Assembly: GCA_964247055.1 (NCBI GenBank)
Contig: OZ176051.1
Location: 14,880,001 to 14,944,000 of the forward strand
DNA: 64,000 nucleotides
Direction: 5' to 3'
Source of the DNA: Paragordius varius
Taxonomy: Eukaryota; Animalia; Nematomorpha
The notes under the pieces were generated by a model. It was not told where the DNA came from, made no database searches, and saw nothing but the letters and a program-made list of their open reading frames with translations. This document shows positions 52,499 to 64,000 of the stretch, in pieces. Both the position numbers and the translations under genes were made by a program. The first letter of the stretch is position 1, and every line of letters begins with the position of its first letter.

Positions 52499-54906
52499 TT
52501 CACGTTTTTAACGAAAAAAAATTTAATGATAAAATAGAGTTATAAACTGCTAAAAATTTCTTTATTAATCGAAAATGAAGATTGTGTAATTCAGCGAATT
52601 GTTATTTACTAGCCTTATACGCAAGTTACATATAATAACTAGTAAATATAAGATATTACAACGAAAATAAATGATTAATATCTTCGAAATTTTATAATTA
52701 GAAATATAAATAAACAACCTACAGAGTTTACTTAATCGTTTCTAATGCATGCTACCTCTTTATAAAATAAACTTTTTTCGTGATATTTTTATTTTTTAGA
52801 CGCACCTAGTTGATTGTAAAGATACAATTAGAAATTGATATTATCCTAATTAAGTAAAGTTATCTAGCCCAAAACTATTATATTTATATGATTTATTGTG
52901 TTAAATTACAATAAATTATACTAAGAAAATGTAATTACTTAAATACAAATATTTTTTTTAAAAGCTCTTTAAACCTTAATCCTTTTTAATAAATTATATA
53001 ATTTGTGAATTTTATAAATTAGCAATTTAAACGTTTTTTGCAAAAAATATTTAGCGTTATTACATTTATATATATATATATATATATATATAAATCTTTA
53101 AATTGTATTGTTTCAGTATTGATGAAGTTAAATAAAATCAGGGCTATAAAAGGTATAAACGCCCACGTGTTGTCTGAAGGTAAAACATTTCATAACACGT
53201 TTTTAAAAGTCTGAGTTAAGTTAAACAATAACCTTCAAATATTGTATAGACTATTAGTTATATATATTGCTCATATTAATTAAAATAAATTTACCAAATC
53301 AGTAGATAACAATAACAAATGAAATACAAAACTCTATTAACTAAAAAATTTAAAAATAGAAAACATTTACCTTAGTTTACTAAACAACATTATTATAAAG
53401 ATGCATTTATTAACTTGAATTTGTCTAGCGTTTTAAATCTACAAGTAGATTAAAGTTTATCAATATGCTAGATTAAATGAATTTTGGATTTCTAATCTTT
53501 GATAACAAACGTAACAATAAAATTGAATACAAGTTTTTTGAAATATGATATTGTGAGTAAGTTAATTTTTCCTGAATATTTTAAAAATTAAAACTCCAAT
53601 AAATTTGCTATATTGAACAATATTATTGTGATGCCCCTACAATTTTAGATACAGTTACAAGAGTTATAATTAACCATTTCATTCTATTTAGCTAAAGCGG
53701 TTTTTTAATTTTAATAAAATTTATATCTTCTGGCGCTCTTGTATTTCGTCTCGACAGTTTTATTTAATATATCACTAATAAAATAATGGCAACATAAATA
53801 TGGCCTATAGTAGCATTCGTTACTATGTATAATGAATCATACGATAGCCAATTCTTTTGGTTATATAGTTTAAAATGCCTTATACTATAGCTAAATTAAC
53901 CATATCTACTTCATTTTCAAATACAAGTTCTTTATTGACTCAATTTTAGGTAAATGTAGATTAATAAATGTATTCATCGCTTTTTGTCAAAGTCTTTGGA
54001 GAATTAGCCTTAGTAAAATTAATAGGATAATATAAATGCCAAACATATAGATATTGAAAATATCCAAAACCATTTAAGAAAGGACAATATAAATCAACCA
54101 TTAGCTATAGATATGAGGTTAGTATTTCGATTATAATATATATTTATTTTAGACGCAAAAAGTATCTAAAAATTTTGTACTTTATTAATCGAAAATAACG
54201 ATTGTGTAATTCAGCGAATTGTTATTAAATAACCTTATACGCAGGTTAGATATAATAACAAAATTTTGTAAATGAAAGAATTACAACGAAAATAAATGAT
54301 TGATTTCTTGGAGATTTTATAATTAGAAATAACAACCTATTGAGTTTACTCAATTGTTTATTATGCTGCTACCTTTTATAGAATATCTTTTTTTTGTTAT
54401 ACTTTTATTTTTTTCGCACCTAGTTAATTGTAAAGATACAATTAGAAATTGGTATTATCCTAATTAAGCGTATAAAGTTATCCGACCCAAAACTATTATT
54501 GTATGATTTATTGTGTTAAATTACAATAAAATTAAAATTATACTGAGTAAATGTAATTATTTATATGTAATTATTTTTATTAAAGTACTCTTTAAACCTT
54601 AATCTTTTTTAAATTATATAATTAAAATTGTGAATTTATAAATTAGCAATTTAAACGTTTTTTGCAAAAAATATTTAGCGTATACTATTACATTTATTAT
54701 GTATATTTTAAATTGTATTGTTTACGTGTTGTCTGAAGGTAAAACATTTCATAATATTTAACACGTTTTTGAAGGTTTGAGTTATATAAAAAAATAAAAT
54801 CAAATATTGTATAGACTATTAGTTATATATATTGCTCATATTAAGTAAAATAAATTTACCATATCTGGAGAATTACAATAACATATGAAATACAAAACTC
54901 TATTTA

Positions 54907-55483
54907 CACTTCGATTTAAATTGGGGTATCTAAATACCCCAGACTAAATTTAAATTAAAATTTTTAAAAAACACTGAAGGAAACGGTCCCAATTAAAATT
55001 TATGCTTCTATCCGGATAAATATTATATAAATATGCCAAAATATCTTGATAAAATTTTGTTTTGAAAAAAAGTTCCACCTCAAACTACTTCGACGCCATT
55101 TTTATTTTACAAAAATTTTGCAAAATATCGTCTTCATTTAATTTTAAGGGTAAAACTAAAGCTTATTTTTTTTATAAATTACATCTAACATTGATAGTAA
55201 TAGAAAAAGCGTTTTATTTTGTATTATTTTTTTATTTTATAATTTGACACATGTCACGTTGACTAAATTTTTACCTGTCAGTTTTAGCTCAAAAAAGGTA
55301 ATATCAAGTATTTTTAAATAAAATTTTTTATATATTTCGGTTTATAAATGTTATATAAGAGCAACATTTTGCCATGGTTTCGATTGCTTCCATACATTTT
55401 AGACTACTTAATTTTAAACAGGCCTGGGGTATCCAACTACCCCAATTTAAATAGGACTAAAATGAGTGTGTTGTATCCAAGTG
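54907..55483. mobile_element. CAC..GTG MITE, unit 4
   Basis: Appears identical to 20195-20771. Confidence 0.8.
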
Positions 55484-55846
55484 TTAACTAAAAAATTTAA
55501 AAATAGAAAACATTTACCTTAGTTTACTAAACAACATTATTATAAAGATGCATTTATTAACTTGAAATGTAAAAAATATAAAGATATTATGTATACAAAA
55601 TAATAATTAGTCAAGACAAAATGAATTTTGGATTACTATAACTAATCTCAAACGTAACAATAAAACTGGAATACAAGAATCAAAACTCCAATAATTAATA
55701 TTGAATAATACTCTGTGATTTAAAATACAGTTACAAGAGTTATTAACCATTTCGGGATTATGATTAGCTAAAGCGGTTTTTTCATTTTAATAGTTTCTTC
55801 AGCGCTATTGTATTTCGTCTCGACAGTTTTATTTAATATGTCACTA

Positions 55847-57436
55847 TGAATCTTGAAATACAATGATACTTTATTAAAAATTTCGTGATATTTATACTTT
55901 TTTATTAATGATAATTTTAACATGCATGTGCGTCACAATTGTAACAATATGTCTTTTCTTCTACGAATATATATATAAGAATTCCATAATGACTCACGAA
56001 CATAAACGCCAAACGTTATTAATATAATAATATGATGTAAGATAAAAATACAATGATGCAATGTTGTAAATTCAACTACATATCACTCTCTTCCTCCTCT
56101 AAAAAACGCTTAGGAGGTTTGCGGACTCGATTTGGGTAACGCCTGGGGGCCTCACTCTGCTCACCATCCGACCTCAGTTGATCGGCATGTTTCCTCATCT
56201 CTATTCCATCTTCATCCTTTACTTCGTACGATAACGGCCCCGTCCTTACTTCAACCGTACCCGGTCGCCATCCTCTAGATATCTCGTTCTTTATAAATAT
56301 TGACTGACAAGGTGTAAATTCTCTTAAGGGTCTCGGTGGTGTACTTACTTTAGGAGTTTCTTTATCTTGGAACCAATTCAACGGTGTGTTGATGTTCCGC
56401 TTTAAAAACAACGATGCGGGGGTCGTCTTTATCTCGTATGCCATGAATTTCGATAGGCCAATAAAACATTTAAAGCCTCTTGACTCTTCACGCCAGTCAT
56501 CATCGTAAAACGAAATTTTGATTTCAACGTATAAATCATTCTTTCCACTGAACCATTTGTCCTTGGGTGGTAAGGAGCAGATGTCACATGATTAACGTTC
56601 CAGTTTGTCATCTTTTCCCGAAAATTGAACCATTTGAAAAAAGTAGCATTATCAGATACTAGCATTCTTGGAAAACCATTTCTCCAATTGTTTCAAAATC
56701 ACATCAGATGTAGTACTGCTAAGTATCCACCTCCTCCCATCTTGAGAACGCGTCAATTAAAATCAAGCAATATATACCACACATGAGACCTGCGATGTCC
56801 ACATGAAGTCTTTCCCATATTTCCACATTGAAGTCCATTTATATACCGGATTCTCAGCAACGTTCGCCCTGTTCCTCTGACAACACTGACAGTCTGTACT
56901 AACTTTTCAATGTTCTTATCCATTCCGGGCCAAAACACCAACGACCTTGTTTTTCATAGCAACGATCCCCGGATGTCCTTCATGAAACCAAGCCAAAATT
57001 CGTCTTCGCGCAGCTGTTGGGATAACCAACCGATCACCAACATATACGAAACCATCGGCTTGTTTGAGATCATTTCTAACGGCTTTGAATGCGGATAATT
57101 CCGTTGACCAATCATTATTTTTAAATGCCATACCTAGTCGTTTTAACAGTTTACTCCAAACAATCTTTTTTTATTTGTTTTAAATCCACGAATGCGATTT
57201 GTCGGATTTTTTCGGCCACATATTCATCATCATTGTCTACGGATGTCTGACTCTTTTCGGGAATTCTTGAAAACACATCGGCCATGTTTGTCGATTCCAC
57301 AATATATTTCATATCAAAATCATACGCTGCGGCCTTGTAGATCCATGTTAACAATTTACAGTTTCTAATATAACTTCCGATTGTTCCGAATAAATGAATT
57401 ATCGCCTTATAATCTAACCAAACCTCACATACAGGC

Positions 57437-57467
<31 letters not shown>

Positions 57468-59280
57468 ATAAATTTTTCTAACCCAAATAGCAAAGCCTTA
57501 GTTTCTAATTCAATCACAGAATAATTTTTTTCTGCATTCTGGCATTTTCTTGATGCGAATGCAATTGGTACCATTCTCTCTCCATTAGCAGAATTACAAT
57601 TCCAAAGACTTTTGTAGACGTATCTTGTATTATTGTTTTATTATTTATGTTATAAGTGGCAAGTAAAGATTCTCTTGATATTAGTTTTTTGCTTGCTTAA
57701 ATTCATTTTGATCTTGTGACCATCTCCATTCCTTTTTGGATCCTGTTAGTGCATGTAGATTACTAACCTTGACATGTATTCATAATTGAGCAATCCCAAA
57801 AAGGATCTTAACTCAGTTTTATTAGTAGGTGTTGCACATTTAGTAATGGCGTCGATTTTATCTTGTACAGGGCGAATTCCCTATTTGATAACTCAAAACC
57901 CTAAAATTTAATATTCTTCTGATGGAATTATAATTTATCTTTTCTTAACGTAAACCCGCATTTTTGTAACCTTGTTAGGGTCTCGCTAAGATTTTTATTA
58001 TGTTCATCTTTCGTTTTACCAACAATCAAAACATCTACGAGATAAGCCATTGTGCCTCGGCAATCTTTGAGTACCTCATCCATTATTCTCTGGAAAAGGA
58101 TGGGAGAAACCTTTAATCCAAATGATAGGCGATTAAATTGGAAATATCCCATCGGGGTAGTAATAACTAAATATTTTTTACTTTCCACATCCACCGGAAT
58201 TTGAAGGTATGCGCTCTTTAAATCAATGGACGAGAACCATGTGGATCCCGCACATTTAGACGCGATCGTGTCAAATGTTGGGATAATCTGAGATATGTTC
58301 TCCATCAAAGAATTGATAGTTACCCGGAAATCAGCGCACACCCTAATTTCCCCATTAGTTTTTACGACGTTAACCGTAGGAGTCGCCCATTCCACATGGT
58401 TTGTGTAGGATCAACGGGACTCACTATTCCCAGGTCCATCAGTCTCACTCTGTATTACCAATGGAATTCGCCGTGCAGCACAATCTTTTGGTATTGCATC
58501 TGATCGGACATATTGACGAGATCACCGTTGTAACAACCCAATTTCCCGTTAAAGAGTTTTGGAAATCGCTTGAATACATCATCATGACCATTATTATTAT
58601 TAGATGTTACTTGATTAACTTTCACGTTATCCGGTAAGGTCATGCCAAAACCAATGATCCAAGGCAGCCCAAATATCGGAGATATGTTTTTCCCAAGAGT
58701 TTGATTGGGTTGTGCCGTAGGAAGTTAATCTGGGAGCACTCTTGGTGCTCCCACCGTCTTCCAGACATTTTTATTAATCAGAGAAGCAGCAGCTCCAGTA
58801 TCGAAAACCATACTGACAGCTTGGCCATAAATCGTAGCGCAAATGTTCGCTTGTGTGCCCCATTTATTATAATTAGCGTTTATATTCTCACTATATCGTT
58901 TTTTATGGCGACACATTGCCTGAAAATGATTTTTTTATTACAATTGTGGTATATTTTTCCGAACGCGGGACATTGTTTTGGTATATGCGATTTACCACAT
59001 TTGCCACATCTCCGCTTCCATTTCCATTCATTATTATTGCCATCATCTTCTTTATGTTCCATATCATTTCTATTATTATTATTATTATTAATTAGTATTA
59101 TTATTATAATTCGACCGATTCTTTTAAATTTTGAGGAAATGCTTGACGACGCATGGGAGGCAATGGCCCTTGCAAGTTCTTGATCCAAGCCATGTCGACA
59201 ATGGTGGTTAATGACACCGCCTTCCCACCACACTTCGCATCAGGGAATTGTGATAAAGATCCATTTAGCATATATTCAAA
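55847..59280 (-). mobile_element. 5'-truncated Gypsy, unit 4 (LTR 55847-56085)
   Basis: Same fragments. Carries the 64-bp deletion (junction 58684/58685). (AT)13 at 57438-57463. Confidence 0.92.
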
Positions 59281-60679
59281 ATTTTATCTAGCGCGAGCTC
59301 TGCATTTTTGCGTTTTAAGAAAATTAGGCTATTTTAGAATGGGTTTTTCGGAGCCCACTCAAAAAATTTAGAAAAAATTTTCTTTTTTAATGTAGTTTAT
59401 GATAAATTATATGACAATTTTTAGAATAAGCCATTTAGCTTTCATCCAAAAAATTTTATTTTACAAAAATGTGGGCAAACTTTGCCATCATCTAATATGG
59501 AGCACTTGCCAGAAAAGTGTAATATATCATCAAGATATTTATTATTCCCGATTTTGTACACAGTGTATAAATACATTTTATTGAAAATTATGTAATGTGC
59601 AACTAAAAGGTTAAAAAAGCAACTTTTTGAATTTGACCTAATACCCTAAATACTTGTAAAAATACTCAAATTTCAAATCGATAGGGTATATAAAATCACC
59701 CCAAAAAGTCATAAAGTATTTATACAATAATGTTTTAAGTTTTCCACACATCTATTTAGTTATCTAGAAATTTTCTGATGTCCAAATGTATTGTTTTCTT
59801 CCAGATATAATTCGGGAGACCTTTGCGGGTTTTCCTAGTAGGAGTGAACAGCTTCATGTGACCCATTTAAATTAATTATGAATGAGAAATTTTTGTTTTA
59901 GTTGTAACCATGTCAAACGCATTTATCATTTTGGTGAGGACGTTAGCCATTTAAAATTGTTAGATACTCGAGGGAGTTGACTTTTCTAACGTTTGTATTT
60001 TGTGAGCCCATAACTTGCATTTTATTGGATAAGTCTTGACTTCTTTGTTCCATATGGCGCTTGGATATTCGGGTAGATAATTATCTTTGTCCTATTTAAT
60101 ATAGTTCATGATACTGATTTAGGTGGCTTTTACAAGTTTAAATTTTCATCCGCAAAAATAATTCCGAAGGAAATAAATACGACGTGGAGAAAATATTCAA
60201 TTTGGAGAGAATAGCGGTGCCGTACAAGGTAAAAGATGGAAATCGATGCCTTCTCAGATCAATTACGGCCGACTGGCGTTTCGAGGGGTGGAGAGGAGAA
60301 TGATTGTGGTCCAACGATAAACCAACCGATGTGTGCAATATAACAACCAATAATCGGAAAGTGAGGGACTAACAAGGCAAAGCAAAGGAAAGCGAGAAAG
60401 AACCAAAAAAGAGAATTTAATATATCCTATTGTTTGGCGAGTGACCTCAAGGGAGAAATCCATTAGCCTACACAAAAAATTAATGACTATATTTTAGTTT
60501 TTGCATTTTGAACAAATGTATTATATATGTGACAAGATCTAACAACGATTTTGATTTAAGTCTCTAAGGGCAATAATATAGAATGCCAATATTTATTTTT
60601 TCAAACACCCCCACTTAAAATATTTATTATTCCCAACACCCAATAACAACATTAAAACATGTTAAAACATTTTTTATTA

Positions 60680-63600
60680 TTATTGAATCATTCCAGGATA
60701 AGAAATGTTGGGCCGTTTCTCACATTCCTCTATTAGAGTAGCATTAATGTTATCCAATTTAATTGTGCCAATAAGCATATATTTATTATCATTGAGCTTT
60801 AGAGCAACCAATTGATTACAAACATCATTAAAGTATCCATTACCTATGCAAAATATTTATAATTAATGCGTGAAAATCAAAAATATTAAATATAATATAA
60901 ACCACCTCTCTCATAAGAACACCAAAAAAGGCTTGGCTCATTATCCGCATCCTAAAATCTCTCAAAATTGGTAATGTGTTTGGTTGTTTTAAATATTTTA
61001 GAAATCTATTGAATAATATTCACAAGCTTTCAAAACAAAATAAAGGTATAGGAAGGAAGATAACATTAGAAGGCGTCGCATGTCATGGTGGCTTAAAATC
61101 AGTAAATCATCTAACAGCAAAAACCAAACCTAGGGAGGAGCCAAAAGAACCAAATTCACATAAAAGTTACCAAGAAATCATTACAAGATCTTTACAGCAA
61201 CACCGTATAATTGAGAAAAATATTGAAACATACATTGTATTGTTTAAGAGTGAAAACTAAGATAAACCAAATCTCACAAGTTAATTGTTTATATACCAAG
61301 TCAAACATTGCTTATTTTTGTGTTTCACAAATCTAATAATTAAATATCGTCACATCTCTATAAATAAATATACCTCTCAAATCAATGTTTAATTTTTTCT
61401 CCCTGTCTTTGCTTGAAAGTTTTTCCCAGCCTGGTATGCTGAAAAGGATTGTAATGCTGGCAAAACTGAAACTATTGAAATGTTTAATGATTCCAAAAAA
61501 TTGAAACTTATATCTATTCGTTCAATTGTCTGTTTATATGCAGCGCGTGTAAAATCAACGGATCTAATTTCACTATGATGTATTACAAGGGATTTTAAAT
61601 GCGCCCATTTCTCAAATGGTTCCAAGTTTCTAAACCCCGTAACACATTCCAGGCCCAAAACTTCCAAATTATTTTCGGTTTCGAAAAATTCGGGAGTGAC
61701 CATACAATTCCTAAGGAACAAAGAGGTTAGATTTTTAGGGAAAGATTCAGCGGACCTAAGAAAGGTTTTTTGGAGATACGATTTTCCTTCTATGGTTAGG
61801 GAGCGAATGTTAGGGAATTTTCGCAATATGTCAGAAATATCATCGAAATCTTCCACCACGTGCAAAAGCAATTCTTTCGCGTTCAAATTCTTCGCCGTAA
61901 AAGTGTTGGTGTATGATTTCACTTCTAGTCTTTCCAGTGAAGGCAAATAAGCTTCTATTACATTATCGAATTTTGACTCTAAAATTAAACTCTTTATGGC
62001 CGTGTGATTGATATGTCCAACTAAACGTACGTTATTAATCAAATCAATAAAGCTACGTTTTGCAACTTTGGAAAGAGATTTAAGAAGGACCAATTGAAAT
62101 TTTTCTCATAACCAAATATTGTAAGTTTGATCGATTTAATCATTGTGTGTGTAGACAATTCCTTTAACAATTCATATGTATAATTAATATTTGCGTGATA
62201 ATCCCCAACACTAACTACTGTTGAATTTTTTTGCCGGACTTAAAAGCCTGAATAGTAGATACAAAAAATATTGCTGAATTGGCTTCTGTTTTAACTATTC
62301 TGATCATATCACTGATTGATAATACATCCGAACAATTATAATTATTTGTCGATTCTATGTGTATGCATTGAAAATTATAAAATTTACAATAATCCAGGCG
62401 CCTTATCAACGTTAATATGTGCGTTTTATTGGCAAAATCGTAGATTGAACCATCTCTGTATTTGCAAGCACCAATAAAATTGCCAATTTCACTAATTACA
62501 TTGGTCATACCCGCACACTTGAGGTTATTCCCGATAACTATATGTAAAAAAAAGTTAAGAAATAAAATTAATTTCTAAATCTTAATAATATTAAAAAAAT
62601 GATTTAATCAAAAAAAGATAGCGAATTGAAAAATCATCATTTATTGAAACATTATTCAATTTCATTGTACTCATTTGGTTGGTAATTTTCTTTAAATATG
62701 GTGAGCTAATGTCTATGATTTGTAATTGTGGATATTCTTTTAATTCATCAATGTCAAATGTCTCAATAAAATTGTTTGAAATGTTTAAATATTACATATT
62801 TAAGAAATAAGATTGTTCTTTAAGTGAAACAATATTTTCATTTTCCAAAGGAGGGAATAAATGCGTTATGTTATTATAAGCCAGATTTAAATGTGTAAGA
62901 TTCCAAAGTTGTTGCCAAACATCCATATAAATAGCAGAGATTTGATTGTTTTCCAAGTTTAAAGATGAAGATTGCAAACTAGTCAAGTTTATATGTAACA
63001 AATGACTAGCATTTATTTGACCGTTCAATTTAAATACCAAATTTAGACTTTGTAACTTAGAACAAAATTGGTATTTTTCGTTCATTTTCTCCAATTCTAT
63101 CTGATTATAACTTAGGTTAAGAGCTTTTAGGCTGGGACTACACACATCAGTCCAACTACTTAATTTATTACCAGATAAATCCAATGTTTCTATGTTATGC
63201 GTTGCATTGAATCCCCCAATGACTACGTTTTTTAGATTCTTTCCAACTTTTAAATATTTTAAAGAAGGTGGAATATTCTGTAAATTAATTGTCTCCAAAT
63301 TGCTAGATAATAAAGTAAGATTAATCAGTTTCATTAAATTCCCTAAATTGGTTAATGATTGCGATGACAAATTTGTATGACCATTCATCTCCAAACTTTT
63401 TAGTGATGATGAAAAGTATTTTATTTGGCTTAAATCAAACGGTGTTTGCACATTTATTGATAAGAAGGTTAGGTTAGATTGGGACCCCAAATGTCTGAAT
63501 AATTGTTCCAATGCAGATTTAGATATTGATTTGTCTACTTGATTAATTTCCAAGCGGTTTAAATTGGGCAATGACATGTCCCCCGTAGTATTAACACTTT

Positions 63601-64000
63601 TAATTCGAACATTATCCAACTTTAATGCTCTTATCCATGTTACTTTTATATCGTTCAAGTTTAGCATTTCAAAATCGCAATTTATGAAGGTTAAATCAAA
63701 AAACTTATCTTAGAATCAAACATATCCTTATTATACCCAGACATTGATCCTGAACCACTGTGGTGAATTTGTTCTTCATCGTCGATCGGATAAAAATTTC
63801 GATGCGAATATAATTTCGCTAATTCTTCCAATTTAACTTTTAACATTTCCAATTGTCTGTCTCCCATGTTTTTGCATTTTATTTGGCTTAATTTACATTC
63901 ACATGGATTGGTTATATTGAGGCACCAATCATGAAAAACTTTGTTCGGAATGACTTCCGTGTGTGCTTTAATAAACGGACAAGCGCAGAAAAAAAGTATT
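60680..64000 (-). pseudogene. LRR paralog B, array copy 4 (start codon just beyond the window end)
   Basis: ORFs 62792-63667, 62215-62508 and 61389-62093; synonymous substitution at 61890; exon 1 runs off the window. Confidence 0.85.

Larger units (their letters stand above)
17471..64000. repeat. Tandem array of ~11.6-kb units (4 complete plus a partial fifth)
   Basis: Identical ORF sets recur. Units are 17471-28881 (11,411), 28882-40473 (11,592), 40474-52065 (11,592), 52066-63581 (11,516) and 63582 to the window end. The length differences are fully explained by the indels I counted. Confidence 0.97.

Overview
Very AT-rich eukaryotic genomic DNA, probably from an invertebrate animal. It uses the standard code and has short 50-75 nt GT-AG introns; the species cannot be assigned from sequence alone. 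I found no rRNA, tRNA, CRISPR array or prokaryotic operon. Bases 1-17,470 are mostly nested, decayed transposable elements: a decayed Mag/K02A2.6-type Ty3/Gypsy element split inside its RT by a complete 1.4-kb non-autonomous Helitron, a second Gypsy remnant, a LINE-like remnant, MITEs and a foldback element with ~395-bp arms. These surround a disrupted gene for a signal-peptide LRR protein (paralog A, minus strand, 11,358-17,903). From ~17,471 to the window end is a head-to-tail array of near-identical units of 11,411, 11,592, 11,592 and 11,516 bp, plus the start of a fifth. Each unit carries a duplicated LRR upstream region, a CAC..GTG MITE, a 5'-truncated single-LTR Gypsy element and a disrupted LRR paralog (B). 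The array edge lies inside the LRR coding sequence, so each array gene looks like a chimera with an A-type 5' end and a B-type 3' body, as expected from unequal crossing-over between older paralogs. Coordinates and indel sizes were counted by eye and I ran no alignments or database searches. An assembly-expansion artefact cannot be excluded.
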